64,000 bases of DNA from Planctomycetota bacterium. Lineage in GTDB: Bacteria; Planctomycetota; SZUA-567; H5-PLA8. Positions 23,395-33,158 of this stretch are shown one piece after another. Both the position numbers and the translations under genes were made by a program. Each line of letters starts with the position of its first letter. Positions within the stretch are counted from its first letter, which is position 1. The stretch covers positions 8,936-72,935 of the forward strand of contig BTVV01000020.1 in NCBI GenBank assembly GCA_045863855.1. Direction: 5' to 3'. Under the pieces are notes generated by a model. It made no database searches, was not told the origin of the DNA, and worked only from the letters and a program-made list of their open reading frames with translations.

Positions 23395-25515
23395 ATGGGC
23401 AAGCTGCCCGTCGATTACGCCGAACGCGTTTACGCCGGAGTCCTGGGAAAGCTGATCGGGGTCTACCTCGGACGGCCCTTCGAACAATGGTCGCATGAAC
23501 GGATCAAGCAGGATCTGGGCGAAATCCGCTACTACGTCCACGAGAAGCTCGGCGTGCCGCTGGTGGTCACCGACGACGACATCTCCGGCACGTTCACTTT
23601 CGTGCGCGCGCTGGAAGACTTCGGCTACGACCCCGAACTGCCGGCCGCGGCCATCGGGCGCACGTGGCTGAACTACATCATCGAAAACAAAACCATCCTG
23701 TGGTGGGGCGGCATGGGCGTCAGCACCGAAGACACCGCGTTCCAGCGCCTCAAGCGCGGGATCGACGCGCCGCGCAGCGGGAGCATCGAGCTGAATGGGC
23801 AGGTCGTGGCCGAACAGATCGGCTCGCAGATCTTCATCGACGGCTGGGCGTTGGTCTGCCCCGGCGATCCGGAACGCGCGGCGGCGCTGGCGGCGAATGC
23901 CGCAAGCGTCAGCCACGACGGCGAAGCGCTCCACGGAGCGGTCTTGCTCGCCGCGATGGAAGCGCAGGCCTTCGTCGAGCCCGACATGGACAAGCTGCTC
24001 GAGACGGGCTACCGCTTCATCCCCAAAGACTGCACGATCCGGAAACTCACCGACGAAATCCGCGGCTGGCGAGAACAGGACCGCGATTGGGAGCGGTCGC
24101 TGCGTCGCATTCAGGAGAAGTACGGTTACGAGAAGTTCGGCGGCGGCTGCCATATGGTGCCCAACCACGCCATCATTCAACTGGCGCTGGCGTACGCGCC
24201 CGACGATTTCCAGCAGAGTCTGCTGATCGCCAATACCGCCGGCTACGACACCGACTGCAATAGCGGGAACGTGGGCTGCCTGCTGGGCATCAAGGACGGC
24301 CTGAAGAGCCTCGAAGCCGGCCCCGACTGGCGCGGGCCGGTGGCCGACCGTTTGTACCTGCCCACCGCCGACGGCGGACGCTGCGTCTCCGACGCGGTGC
24401 GCGAGACGTACGAACTGGTCAAAGCCGGCTGCGCGCTGGCCGGCGAACCGTACGCGCCGCCCAAAGACGGCGCGCGCTACCACTTCGAGCTGCCCGGCAG
24501 CGTGCAGGGCTGGCGCTTCGAAGAGAGCGCCGATTGCCGCTGCATCGGCACGGTCTGGAACGCCGCCGGGCACAGCGCCCGCGGCGCGCGCAGCCTCGCC
24601 ATCGGCTATCACCGGCTGGCCTTCGGACGCGCCGCGCGCGCCGCGGTGGACACGTTCCTATCGCCCGAGGCCGCCAAGATGCCGGGCTATTCGCTGATCG
24701 CCAGCCCGGCGCTGTACCCCGGGCAGACGGTCCGCGCCGCGGTGGAAGCCGATGCGCACAACGACCGGCCGGTGACGGTGCGTCCGTATGTCCGCTACTA
24801 CGGCGAGAAGGACGCGCCGGCCTACGCGCGCGGTCCCGAGACGCTGCTCGCGCCGGGCCAAAAGCACGCCTTCGAGTGGAAGATCCCGGATGCAGCGGTC
24901 GGCCCGCGGCCCATCGCGCAGGCGGGGATCGAAATCGTCAGCGCCGAGCCGGCTGCGGGATCGGTGTACCTCGATTACTTCACCTGGGCCGGCGCACCGG
25001 ATCTCACGTTCGGCGATCCCGGCGACGGCGGCAAGCTCTGGCAGTCGGCGTGGGTGACCGCTTGCGATACGCCGGCCTTCGGCCGCGGGAAGTGGCCCTT
25101 CGGCGTTTTCCAGGACGATGCCAACGGACTGCTCTCGATCGGCACGCGCGAATGGAGGGATTACCGCGTCGATGCCGTGACGCATCCGCATCTGTGCGAT
25201 CAGGCCGGCATCGCGTGCGGCGTGCAGGGCTTGCAGCGCTACTACGCCTTGGTGCTCGCGCGGCCGAACAAACTGCGCCTGATCAAGCAGCGCTACGGGC
25301 GCAGCGTGGTCGCCGAAAAGGAATGGACCTGGACGCTGGGCCAGGAAGTGCGGCTGGCGTTGGAGTTCCGCGGCCCGAAACTGAGCGGATTCGCCGACGG
25401 CCGAAAGGTGCTGGAAGCCGAAGACCGCGACGCGCCCTTCACGAGCGGCGGGATCGGATTGCTTTGCGATGCGGGGCGGACGGGCTGGGGTCCGGTGCGC
25501 GTGCAGCCGGTTTAA
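23395..25515 (+). CDS. ADP-ribosylglycohydrolase family protein with C-terminal beta-rich domains
   Basis: VTDDDISGT, ASVSHDGEA, GYDTDCNSGN; GGAG RBS before ATG 23395. Confidence 0.88.
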   Translation: MGKLPVDYAERVYAGVLGKLIGVYLGRPFEQWSHERIKQDLGEIRYYVHEKLGVPLVVTDDDISGTFTFVRALEDFGYDPELPAAAIGRTWLNYIIENKTILWWGGMGVSTEDTAFQRLKRGIDAPRSGSIELNGQVVAEQIGSQIFIDGWALVCPGDPERAAALAANAASVSHDGEALHGAVLLAAMEAQAFVEPDMDKLLETGYRFIPKDCTIRKLTDEIRGWREQDRDWERSLRRIQEKYGYEKFGGGCHMVPNHAIIQLALAYAPDDFQQSLLIANTAGYDTDCNSGNVGCLLGIKDGLKSLEAGPDWRGPVADRLYLPTADGGRCVSDAVRETYELVKAGCALAGEPYAPPKDGARYHFELPGSVQGWRFEESADCRCIGTVWNAAGHSARGARSLAIGYHRLAFGRAARAAVDTFLSPEAAKMPGYSLIASPALYPGQTVRAAVEADAHNDRPVTVRPYVRYYGEKDAPAYARGPETLLAPGQKHAFEWKIPDAAVGPRPIAQAGIEIVSAEPAAGSVYLDYFTWAGAPDLTFGDPGDGGKLWQSAWVTACDTPAFGRGKWPFGVFQDDANGLLSIGTREWRDYRVDAVTHPHLCDQAGIACGVQGLQRYYALVLARPNKLRLIKQRYGRSVVAEKEWTWTLGQEVRLALEFRGPKLSGFADGRKVLEAEDRDAPFTSGGIGLLCDAGRTGWGPVRVQPV

Positions 25516-25522
25516 CCGCGCT

Positions 25523-26425
25523 TTATTTGCCGCTGACGGCGTTGGCCGTGGCGCGCACGGTTACACGCACCAGCGACTGATAGGCGATCTGGAGATCCTC
25601 GCCGCCTTCTTTCCGAAATACGCCCACCACCACCGGCATGATCACCGTGGCGGTCGTGCCCGGCGCGGGAACGACGGGAAGCAGATCGGCGACGTCGTAG
25701 GTTCCGCCGCTGACGGTACAAGTCAAATGGCCCAGGTTCCGGGAAGAGTAGCGCATCCGTGCGCCGCGGAAGCTCGAATTACTGGCGTCGAACGGAGCGC
25801 CGCCCGAAGTGCTGGTGCGCATCGTCCCGCGGATGTCCATGCTGAAGAAGTCCAGGCCGGGCGGGCCGCCGGGTTCGCCGATCAGCACGCCGTCAAAGAA
25901 ATCCGCGCCGCCCACACGCGCGAATACGATGTCGCCGGGCCGCAGGTCGAGTTTCTGGTCGTTGGTGTTGATGCCGTACATGATGAAGCTGAACTTGCTC
26001 GCCGGGCGCCCGTCTGTGCGCGCAACGAACCGTGCCCGCGTCGTCAGGGTGCGAATCTCCCGCGGGCCGACTTCGATCGTCAACGTGTCCGTCGCCGCCA
26101 ACGCTCCGTCGAAGGCGCGCAACTGGAGCACGTAGGTTCCGGTCTTGTCGAATGTGGCGGTCGTGTTGACGTCGTCTTGATTGCTGAACGTCACCTTGCC
26201 CGGCCCGCTCACGAGGGTCCACTGCACGGACAGCGCGTTCGGCGCCTGATCGGGGTCCTCCGCGCTGCCCGAAAGAATCGCGGGCGCGGGGAAGATCACG
26301 ACCTGATCGTCGCCGGCTTCCACCACCGGCGCCTCGTTGCTCCAAGCGCTCCACACACACGCCATCGCCAATAAGGCCAAGACCTTAAAGGACGAGAACA
26401 AGATTTTGGGACGCGCCATCAACAT
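25523..26425 (-). CDS. Secreted PKD-domain protein
   Basis: NEAPVVEAGDDQ...WTLVSGPG...GTYVLQLRAFDG. Confidence 0.75.
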   Translation of the reverse strand: MLMARPKILFSSFKVLALLAMACVWSAWSNEAPVVEAGDDQVVIFPAPAILSGSAEDPDQAPNALSVQWTLVSGPGKVTFSNQDDVNTTATFDKTGTYVLQLRAFDGALAATDTLTIEVGPREIRTLTTRARFVARTDGRPASKFSFIMYGINTNDQKLDLRPGDIVFARVGGADFFDGVLIGEPGGPPGLDFFSMDIRGTMRTSTSGGAPFDASNSSFRGARMRYSSRNLGHLTCTVSGGTYDVADLLPVVPAPGTTATVIMPVVVGVFRKEGGEDLQIAYQSLVRVTVRATANAVSGK

Positions 26426-26459
26426 GGTGCATCCATCGTAGGCGTTGCCCGCGAAAGGG

Positions 26460-27347
26460 TCAAGACGTTACCTGCCGGCGATAACGGTGCGGGCTGACGC
26501 CCATGCGAGCCCGGAAGGTGCGGTGGAAGTTCGAAGCGTCGCCGAAGCCGCTGCGCGCGGCAATTTCAAGAACCGGCAGGCCCGTGTTACGCAACAACCC
26601 CGCGGCCGTACGGACACGGGCTTCGGCCATCAGTTCGATGAACGACGCGCCGCAGGCCTCTTTTATGGCGTGCCCGGCGCGGCTCTCGCTCAAGCTCATG
26701 CGTTTGGCCAGATCCGCCAGGCTCACCGGATGCGTATGGCGGTCATGCACAAAGCGCTGGATCAGCGCGCGGCGGCTGGCCAGGGGATCGGCGCGCGCGA
26801 CATCGCCGGTCGAGCGGACCCCGTGCGCGGCTTGCTCCTGAGCCCACACGCGCAGGCGCGCGGCGAGTTGCCGGAGCGCCTCCAGGATCAACGCGGCTTC
26901 GTCTTCGCCCACTGGAGCGGGCTGCGGCGCCCGCGCCGGCCACGGACGGCCTTTAAGCGGCGGTCCGTTGTCGCGCGCCAAAGTCACCAGATCCGAGCCG
27001 GGCTTGCGCAGCCCCGCGAAGAGCACCCAGGCCAGCGCCTCGCCTTGAAAAACGGGCGTCACCCATTCCACAAAGCCGGCGTGACAGACGTGCACGCGCC
27101 CGGCGGGACAGGCCGGAAGATCGCGGCGTAGCTGGCGATGTTCGAAGTCCACGCAGCCGCGGTCGCGATCGTAAGCTTTGACGGCTTGGCAGAGCGGGTG
27201 CGTATGCCGGAAGCGCTCGGGCGGCAAAACCGCCCATAGCGATCCTTGCAAGTCGTGCACCGTCACGCGCATCGCGTGCAGCCGCTCGAATGCGGCGATC
27301 GCCCGCTCCGGCACGCGAAATACGTCTTCCTGAACCGATTCGGGCAT
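26460..27347 (-). CDS. AraC-family regulator with PocR-like ligand-binding domain
   Basis: H-C-C-CHAG sensor pattern; C-terminal IAARSGFGDASNFHRTF...GVSPHRYR. Confidence 0.88.
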   Translation of the reverse strand: MPESVQEDVFRVPERAIAAFERLHAMRVTVHDLQGSLWAVLPPERFRHTHPLCQAVKAYDRDRGCVDFEHRQLRRDLPACPAGRVHVCHAGFVEWVTPVFQGEALAWVLFAGLRKPGSDLVTLARDNGPPLKGRPWPARAPQPAPVGEDEAALILEALRQLAARLRVWAQEQAAHGVRSTGDVARADPLASRRALIQRFVHDRHTHPVSLADLAKRMSLSESRAGHAIKEACGASFIELMAEARVRTAAGLLRNTGLPVLEIAARSGFGDASNFHRTFRARMGVSPHRYRRQVTS

Positions 27348-27477
27348 GGTGCGTCCCGGCCTCCGCTTGGACCACTCTAGCCCGTGCAGCGGAAAATGCC
27401 ATTTTTTTGGCTGCCGCCGCCGCGCCGACGCGGGGGTGTTCGAGGTCTAATGCGCGCATGGACCGGAGACCGTTCGC

Positions 27478-28323
27478 ATGCAATTCCAAGGCTTGACCGA
27501 CGAACAACGCACCTGCTTTCAAGAGCACGGATATCTGATCGTGCGCAAGGCGCTGGACGCCGGCACGATCGGGCGTCTGCTCGAGGCCGGCGACCGGCTC
27601 GTCGCAAGCGACCGCCAGCGCGACCGCCAGAAATCCGGCGACCGCTTCGACGGCTTCCGCAACGTAATCGCCATCGACGACGCGTATCTGCCGCTCCTGC
27701 AGCACCCCGCCACCGTGCCGTTGGTGGTGCAGCTCTTCGGACCGAACATCCAGCTCATGACTTCGCACCTGATCCACCGTTCGCCCGATGCCCCCGATGC
27801 GCCGGTCACCTTCCGCTGCCCCGGCTGGCACCGCGACATCATGAACGTGCCGACCGATCTGGGACATGCGAACATCCCGCGCATGGAAGTGAAGGTCGCG
27901 TACTACCTCACCGATCTGAGCGAACCGTGTTCGGGCTCGACGCTCGTCGCGCCGGGCAGCCAAAAGCTGAAAGAACCGCCGCCCTTCCCCGACGGCGGCG
28001 CCGATCCGGTGGGCGCGCTCGAACCGCTTCTCCAGCCCGGCGATGCACTCTTCTTCGAGAACCGCACGTGGCATGCGGGCGGCCCGAACCGTTCGGGACG
28101 CATCCGCAAAGCCGTGATGTTCGGGTACGGCTACCGCTGGCTGCGGCCCATGGACTACATCGTTCAGCCCGCGGAACTCCTCGAAAAGGTCAGCGATCCC
28201 ATCGGCCGGCAGCTTTTAGGCGCGACGGAGGATCCCCTGGGCCGCTTTATCCCCGGCGGCGGCGCCGAGCCGCTCAAGGAGTGGTGCGCGAAGCACGGGA
28301 TTACCTACCGCCCGGCCGCTTGA
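27478..28323 (+). CDS. Phytanoyl-CoA dioxygenase (PhyH) family Fe(II)/2OG oxygenase
   Basis: FQEHGYL, WHRD, PGS, WHAG...R facial triad. Confidence 0.88.
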   Translation: MQFQGLTDEQRTCFQEHGYLIVRKALDAGTIGRLLEAGDRLVASDRQRDRQKSGDRFDGFRNVIAIDDAYLPLLQHPATVPLVVQLFGPNIQLMTSHLIHRSPDAPDAPVTFRCPGWHRDIMNVPTDLGHANIPRMEVKVAYYLTDLSEPCSGSTLVAPGSQKLKEPPPFPDGGADPVGALEPLLQPGDALFFENRTWHAGGPNRSGRIRKAVMFGYGYRWLRPMDYIVQPAELLEKVSDPIGRQLLGATEDPLGRFIPGGGAEPLKEWCAKHGITYRPAA

Positions 28324-28476
28324 ATGAAGGGCAGCATCCGGCGTCCCAATTCCGTCTTGCACCTGTCCGGCGGCAGAGCCACAATGGGCTGCCGTCGAGC
28401 CGGGAGCGCTTCAATAGGTAGTCGCCGGCCTTGGCCGGAGCTTCCTACTAAAAGCCGCGGAACAGGGGATGCCGCC

Positions 28477-28860
28477 ATGATGCGTGGACTTTGGATCCTA
28501 GGCGTACTGCTGGCGCTGGCCGGATGGACGGCGCACGCCGCCGAAGGCGAAGCGGCCAAAACCGCCGAAGCACCCAAGAAAGAGCCAAAGGACATGAACG
28601 CCGACGAGGCCCAGGCCGCAGGCCTGTGTCCCGTCTGCAAGCAGGAATCGAAACCCGTCTACCGCGTAGAGCTGGGCGATAAGATTTACAATTTCCATAC
28701 GCGCGATTGTAAGAAGACCTTCGCCGCGAGCCCCGAGAAATTCGGCGCCAAGCTCTCCGACGCCGACAAGGCCAAGCGCGAAGCCAAGAAGACCGCAGCC
28801 GGCAAAACCGCCGCCGAAGAGCCCAAGACCGAAGACGACGGGATGATGATGGGCAAGTAA
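28477..28860 (+). CDS. Secreted small YHS-like domain protein
   Basis: Signal peptide (AHA); CPVC...YNFHTRDCKKTFAASPEKF; start at ATG 28477. Confidence 0.65.
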   Translation: MMRGLWILGVLLALAGWTAHAAEGEAAKTAEAPKKEPKDMNADEAQAAGLCPVCKQESKPVYRVELGDKIYNFHTRDCKKTFAASPEKFGAKLSDADKAKREAKKTAAGKTAAEEPKTEDDGMMMGK

Positions 28861-28911
28861 GCTCGATCCGGAAGCAACGAACCTTCACGGGGCCCGCGGG
28901 CCCCGTTTCTA

Positions 28912-30420
28912 TTACAGCGGCTCCCCGTACGGCTTCTGGCCCGCGGGCACGAACTCGGGGCGCGGCACCAGTTTGTCCGCGCGGCGCTCGTACCCGCGCT
29001 TAAAGATCTCCGCCGCGAGCGTTCCGTCGGCTTCCATGCGCTTACGCAGCGCCGCTTGGTCACGCTTGGCGCGCGCGTCGATCGATTCCGGCGTCTCGCC
29101 GCCCAGCGCTTCCATCAGCCAGGCCTGGCCCTGCGCAAGCAGTTCCTTCGTATGCGGCGCGTCGGGCAGATCGGCCGCCAGATCGCGCATTTCGTGCGCG
29201 TCGTAGGGGATTTCGAAAAGCATCGGGCGCGCATTCGAGCACGCCACGTACTTCACCCGGCCGTCGGTGACCGCGCAGGCCGCGCCGGGCATCCCGTTGC
29301 CGTGAAATTCGGTGTAGACGAAGCGGTTGCGCGCGGCTCCGGCGTCGCCGCGAAGCTGCCCCCACAGCGAGATCCCACGTACGCCGGACGGGCGCGCCAC
29401 GCCTTGCGCCTCGGCGCAGGTCGGGAAGACGTCCAGCAGGGAGACCGGCGAGTGCTCCACGCAGCCTTCGCGTACGCCCGGCCCGCGTGCGATCAACGGG
29501 ACGCGGATCGATTCCTGGTACAGGTTCATCTTGCTCCAAATGCGGTGCGCGCCGCAGTTCTCGCCGTGGTCGGAGGCGTACAGCACCAGCGTTTCTTCGG
29601 CCAGCCCGGCCGCGGCCAGTCCCTCCAATACGCGCCCGACATTGCGGTCCATGATCTCCAGATGCGCGAGGTACGCGGCGAGGTTGCGCCGGATCAGTTC
29701 GTCGTCGGCGTAGCGGCCGCAACTGTGATGCGCGAACGAGCGATGGTACGGATGCAGCCGCTCGAAGCGTTCGTGGAACTCAGCGCCGAGGTGCTCGAGC
29801 TTCACGCGCGCGTCCCACTTCTTCCACAGTTCGGGCGGGCACGGCCAACTCGGGTGCGGCATCGTAAAATTCACGTTCAGCAGCCACGGGCGATCCAGCG
29901 GCCGGTCCCTCTGCAGCCACTCGACGGCGCGCTGCGCCATCTTGTAATCGTCGAACTTCTCTTCCGTCAGGCCCTCGCGCGGACCCGCCGCCCGCGCGTT
30001 CTGATGCATCTGCCAGCGCGGCGGCAAGCGCGGCTCGTGGCGGAAAAGCCCGTGAATATCGAGGCTGCCGCGGTGCTTGGGTAAGATCTCCACCGCCAGA
30101 CCGTGATCGGCGCCGGGCTGGAAATCGAGCTTCCCGATGCTGGCCAGATGCACGCCCGCATCCTTGTACGCATGCGGCCACGCGGGCGCCTGGCCCGTCC
30201 ACGGAAACGCGTTGTCCCACGTGCCCAGTTCGTGCGAATAACGCCCGGTGAACAGCGTCGCGCGCGCCGGGACGCACAGCGGATGGTTGCAGTACGCGTG
30301 CTCGAAGCGCGTCCCCGCGGCGGCCAGCCGGTCGAGCGCCGGCGTCTCCGCCAACGCGTGCCCGTAGCAGCCTGTATACGCGGCGTTGTGCGAGTCGCTG
30401 AAAATGAACAGGATATTCAT
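28912..30420 (-). CDS. Formylglycine-dependent (Cys-type) sulfatase, choline-sulfatase-like
   Basis: NILFIFSD, CVPAR (CxPxR), GKLD, PH, SDHG, RVPLI. Confidence 0.9.
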   Translation of the reverse strand: MNILFIFSDSHNAAYTGCYGHALAETPALDRLAAAGTRFEHAYCNHPLCVPARATLFTGRYSHELGTWDNAFPWTGQAPAWPHAYKDAGVHLASIGKLDFQPGADHGLAVEILPKHRGSLDIHGLFRHEPRLPPRWQMHQNARAAGPREGLTEEKFDDYKMAQRAVEWLQRDRPLDRPWLLNVNFTMPHPSWPCPPELWKKWDARVKLEHLGAEFHERFERLHPYHRSFAHHSCGRYADDELIRRNLAAYLAHLEIMDRNVGRVLEGLAAAGLAEETLVLYASDHGENCGAHRIWSKMNLYQESIRVPLIARGPGVREGCVEHSPVSLLDVFPTCAEAQGVARPSGVRGISLWGQLRGDAGAARNRFVYTEFHGNGMPGAACAVTDGRVKYVACSNARPMLFEIPYDAHEMRDLAADLPDAPHTKELLAQGQAWLMEALGGETPESIDARAKRDQAALRKRMEADGTLAAEIFKRGYERRADKLVPRPEFVPAGQKPYGEPL

Positions 30421-30465
30421 GAGCCCCCCGCGAATAAACGGACGCGCGAACGGACTCATGGATTC

Positions 30466-31797
30466 TCAGGGAACGCTGACCGAAACTTCTCCCAGGAAGA
30501 CCATGCTCGGGTCGCGGCGCTCGTCGAGATATTGGAGCAGAAACTTGAGCGACGTGGGCGCCGGCCCGTCGTGCGCGACTTTACCGTTGACGGTGATCTT
30601 AAGCGGTTGCTTGAGATTCACCAGCTTCGGCGAAAGGAAGACGCGGAACCGCTTCACGTTCTCGGCCGCCACCTCGAGCTGATTGGGACCGCTCCACTTG
30701 GCGTCCAGCGTGCCCATGGCGACCTTGTGCTTCATCCGCGGCGTGCCGCCCTGGGCCACGCCTTCCATTTCGAGCTTGGCCGGACCGATCTCGTCGATGG
30801 CCAGCCAGCGGTCCGGCGGCGCGGGCAACAGCATGCCGGAGAAGTCCTTGGCGCGCGGGCTCGAGGTCACGATGCGCTTGGCGTACGGGTCGCGTTTTTT
30901 GGTCAGCAGCCACTCGCCCATGGCGGTTTCGGCGCTGGCGGGCGTCGGCGCGTGGCCGCAGTCCAGCGCCGCAAAGTGGTGGTCGTAGCCCAGTTCCTTC
31001 AAGATCGCCGCCGCGTTCTCGGCATTGGGGAAGTCGGTGAAGTTCTTCCCGCGCATGTCCTTTTTCCCATGCCAGATGTACACGGGCGTATTCAGCATCA
31101 CCGGCCAGTGGATGCCGTGCCACGCTCCGCCGCCCGGCGCCGTCGCGGCGAATACGTCGGTCATCCGCGCGCCCAGGTAATAGCTCCCGATGCCGCCCAT
31201 CGAGTACCCGGTCAGGTAGATGCGGTCCGGATCGATCGCGAACTGCCGAGAGAGGTGCCGGATCAACAGTTTCAGCGCTTCTTCGTTCTTGGGATTGCGC
31301 CAGTACTTCTGCACGCCCAAGTCCACCGAAGTGGGACAAACCACGATCGCGTCGAGCCTGTTCATCCCGACCATGGCGCCGATGTGCTGCTGCCCGCTCC
31401 CCGTATTGTTCCCGCCGCCGTGCAGTCCGAAGAACAACGGCCAGAGCCGGTTGGGCGCGTACTTGCCCGGCACGCTGATCGAGTACTCCACCGGCTTGTC
31501 GCTGACCGTGGCGGGCACGTCCAGCTTCAGCCCGTGCTGCAGGCCCGTCTTGGCGGGCGGATACCCCGCCGGAAGGATCAGCCGTACGAACGCATCGGCA
31601 CTCTCGGCCGGCGTCGTACCGCACTTTTCAAGCAGCGCCTGCTTCTTTGCCGCATCGGTTTCGGCAAGATACTGCCGCGCTAAGTTCTGCGCCTCCCCGG
31701 CCGAGAGCGGCTTCGGCTCCTCGCCCCCCTGGACTTGGCCGAATAGCACCAAGCCCAGCAGCAGACACCGGACAAGCCCAGCAAGTATGCGGTGCAC
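30466..31797 (-). CDS. Secreted alpha/beta-hydrolase (esterase/peptidase-like)
   Basis: Signal peptide; LHGGG, DPDRIYLTGYSMGG nucleophile elbow, HGKKD, GH. Confidence 0.8.
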   Translation of the reverse strand: MHRILAGLVRCLLLGLVLFGQVQGGEEPKPLSAGEAQNLARQYLAETDAAKKQALLEKCGTTPAESADAFVRLILPAGYPPAKTGLQHGLKLDVPATVSDKPVEYSISVPGKYAPNRLWPLFFGLHGGGNNTGSGQQHIGAMVGMNRLDAIVVCPTSVDLGVQKYWRNPKNEEALKLLIRHLSRQFAIDPDRIYLTGYSMGGIGSYYLGARMTDVFAATAPGGGAWHGIHWPVMLNTPVYIWHGKKDMRGKNFTDFPNAENAAAILKELGYDHHFAALDCGHAPTPASAETAMGEWLLTKKRDPYAKRIVTSSPRAKDFSGMLLPAPPDRWLAIDEIGPAKLEMEGVAQGGTPRMKHKVAMGTLDAKWSGPNQLEVAAENVKRFRVFLSPKLVNLKQPLKITVNGKVAHDGPAPTSLKFLLQYLDERRDPSMVFLGEVSVSVP

Positions 31798-31847
31798 GGG
31801 ATTTCCTCGCTGAATATTGAAGCCGTACTCGGAACGGATTCCTTATA

Positions 31848-31870
31848 CTGTAACGTCCTGCAAGTTACAG
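31848..31870. promoter_or_regulatory. Palindromic operator candidate between divergent hydrolase and heme-binding genes
   Basis: CTGTAAC-N9-GTTACAG perfect inverted repeat. Confidence 0.4.
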
Positions 31871-32005
31871 CTCGATTCTGCCGGCCCCTCCGCGCCGAAC
31901 GGACCTCGGCTTGCACCGTGGGCGGGAACCTATACAACCACACGCTTCCCCGACAACTCCGGGCGCCTGTGTCGCGCCGCGGACTTCATAAGGAGCACTC
32001 TTTCG

Positions 32006-33028
32006 ATGCGTACCCCCAAGCTTGCCCCGCGCCTGGCTCTGGCGCTGCTCTTGGCCGTCGCCGCGCTCGCCGTCCGCGCCGAAGACGCGCCTAAGCCTCC
32101 GGCCATCATCTCCGTGCCGACGCTGACCCAGGAAGCCGCCGAACAGATCGTCGCCGCCGCCAAAGCCAAGGCCGCCGCGACCGACAGCCCCATTTACAAG
32201 GGCCAGAAAACCAAGATGCACGTCTACGTGCTGGGCCGTGAAGGGACGCTCTTGGCCGGCACCCAGGCCGTCGGCGCGTGGCCGGGCAGCGCCGATATCG
32301 CCATGCGCAAGGCGCGCACGAGCTGGTTCTTCAAGCTCCCCACCCGCACCATCGGCCAACTTTCGCGCACCGACCAGGAAGCCAAAGCGCCGCTCTACGG
32401 CATCGAACACAGCAACGGCGGGCTGATCAGCTTCCCCGGCGGCCTCCCGATCTTCGACGCGGCCGGCGTGCTCTGCGGCGCCATCGGCGTCAGCGGCGAT
32501 ACGGTGGACTGCGACGAACTCGTCGCGCAGGCCGGCGTCGATAAAGCCAAGGAACTGGGCGCCGCGGCCATCGCGCAGGTGCCCAGTCTGTCCAGCTACG
32601 GCGCGAGCCTGGTCCTGCACGCGGCGCTGAAGAAATGCGCCAGCACCGAAAGCGACGTCTACAAGGGCCAGAAGGTGAAGATGCACATTTACGTCCTAGG
32701 CGCCGAAGGGACGGTCCTCGCCGCCGGACAGCAAGACGATGCGTGGCCAGGCAGCGCCGATATCGCGCAGCGCAAAGCCCGCACGAGCTGGTGCTTCAAG
32801 CTCCCCACCGGCACCATCGGGAGCCTCTCGCGCCTCGACCAGGAAGCCAAGGCGCCGCTGTACGGCATCGAACACAGCAATACGGGGCTGATCACCTTTC
32901 CCGGCGGCCTCCCGATCTTCGACGCCGAAGGGCGCTTCGTCGGCTCCGTGGGCGTCAGCGGCGACAGCGTCGGCAAGGACCACGAGGTCGCGCAAGCCGG
33001 CGTGGACGGCTTGAAGCCGCAGCCATAA
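32006..33028 (+). CDS. Secreted protein with two tandem GlcG/HbpS (haem-degrading) domains
   Basis: AAGGAG RBS, signal peptide; two copies of AWPGSADIA.RKARTS...FPGGLPIFD.G...G.SGD. Confidence 0.85.
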   Translation: MRTPKLAPRLALALLLAVAALAVRAEDAPKPPAIISVPTLTQEAAEQIVAAAKAKAAATDSPIYKGQKTKMHVYVLGREGTLLAGTQAVGAWPGSADIAMRKARTSWFFKLPTRTIGQLSRTDQEAKAPLYGIEHSNGGLISFPGGLPIFDAAGVLCGAIGVSGDTVDCDELVAQAGVDKAKELGAAAIAQVPSLSSYGASLVLHAALKKCASTESDVYKGQKVKMHIYVLGAEGTVLAAGQQDDAWPGSADIAQRKARTSWCFKLPTGTIGSLSRLDQEAKAPLYGIEHSNTGLITFPGGLPIFDAEGRFVGSVGVSGDSVGKDHEVAQAGVDGLKPQP

Positions 33029-33050
33029 ACGCCGAGCTGAAGCAGAAGCA

Positions 33051-33088
33051 CGAACCGCCCTCTCTTTCGAGAGGGCGGTTTCGTTTTT
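33051..33088 (+). terminator. Intrinsic terminator
   Basis: GAACCGCCCTCTC-TTTC-GAGAGGGCGGTTTC followed by GTTTTT. Confidence 0.8.
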
Positions 33089-33158
33089 GGCCGCGCCATT
33101 GGACCTGAGCGCGGCTTCGTGATACGCCGATGCGGGCAGATTCGGGAGTTCCCGGCAC

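Noticed and set aside
32100..33010. Near-identical DNA repeats as a possible DGR template/variable pair
   Set aside because: Both copies are in-frame domains of one protein, the differences are not adenine-specific, and there is no reverse transcriptase gene.
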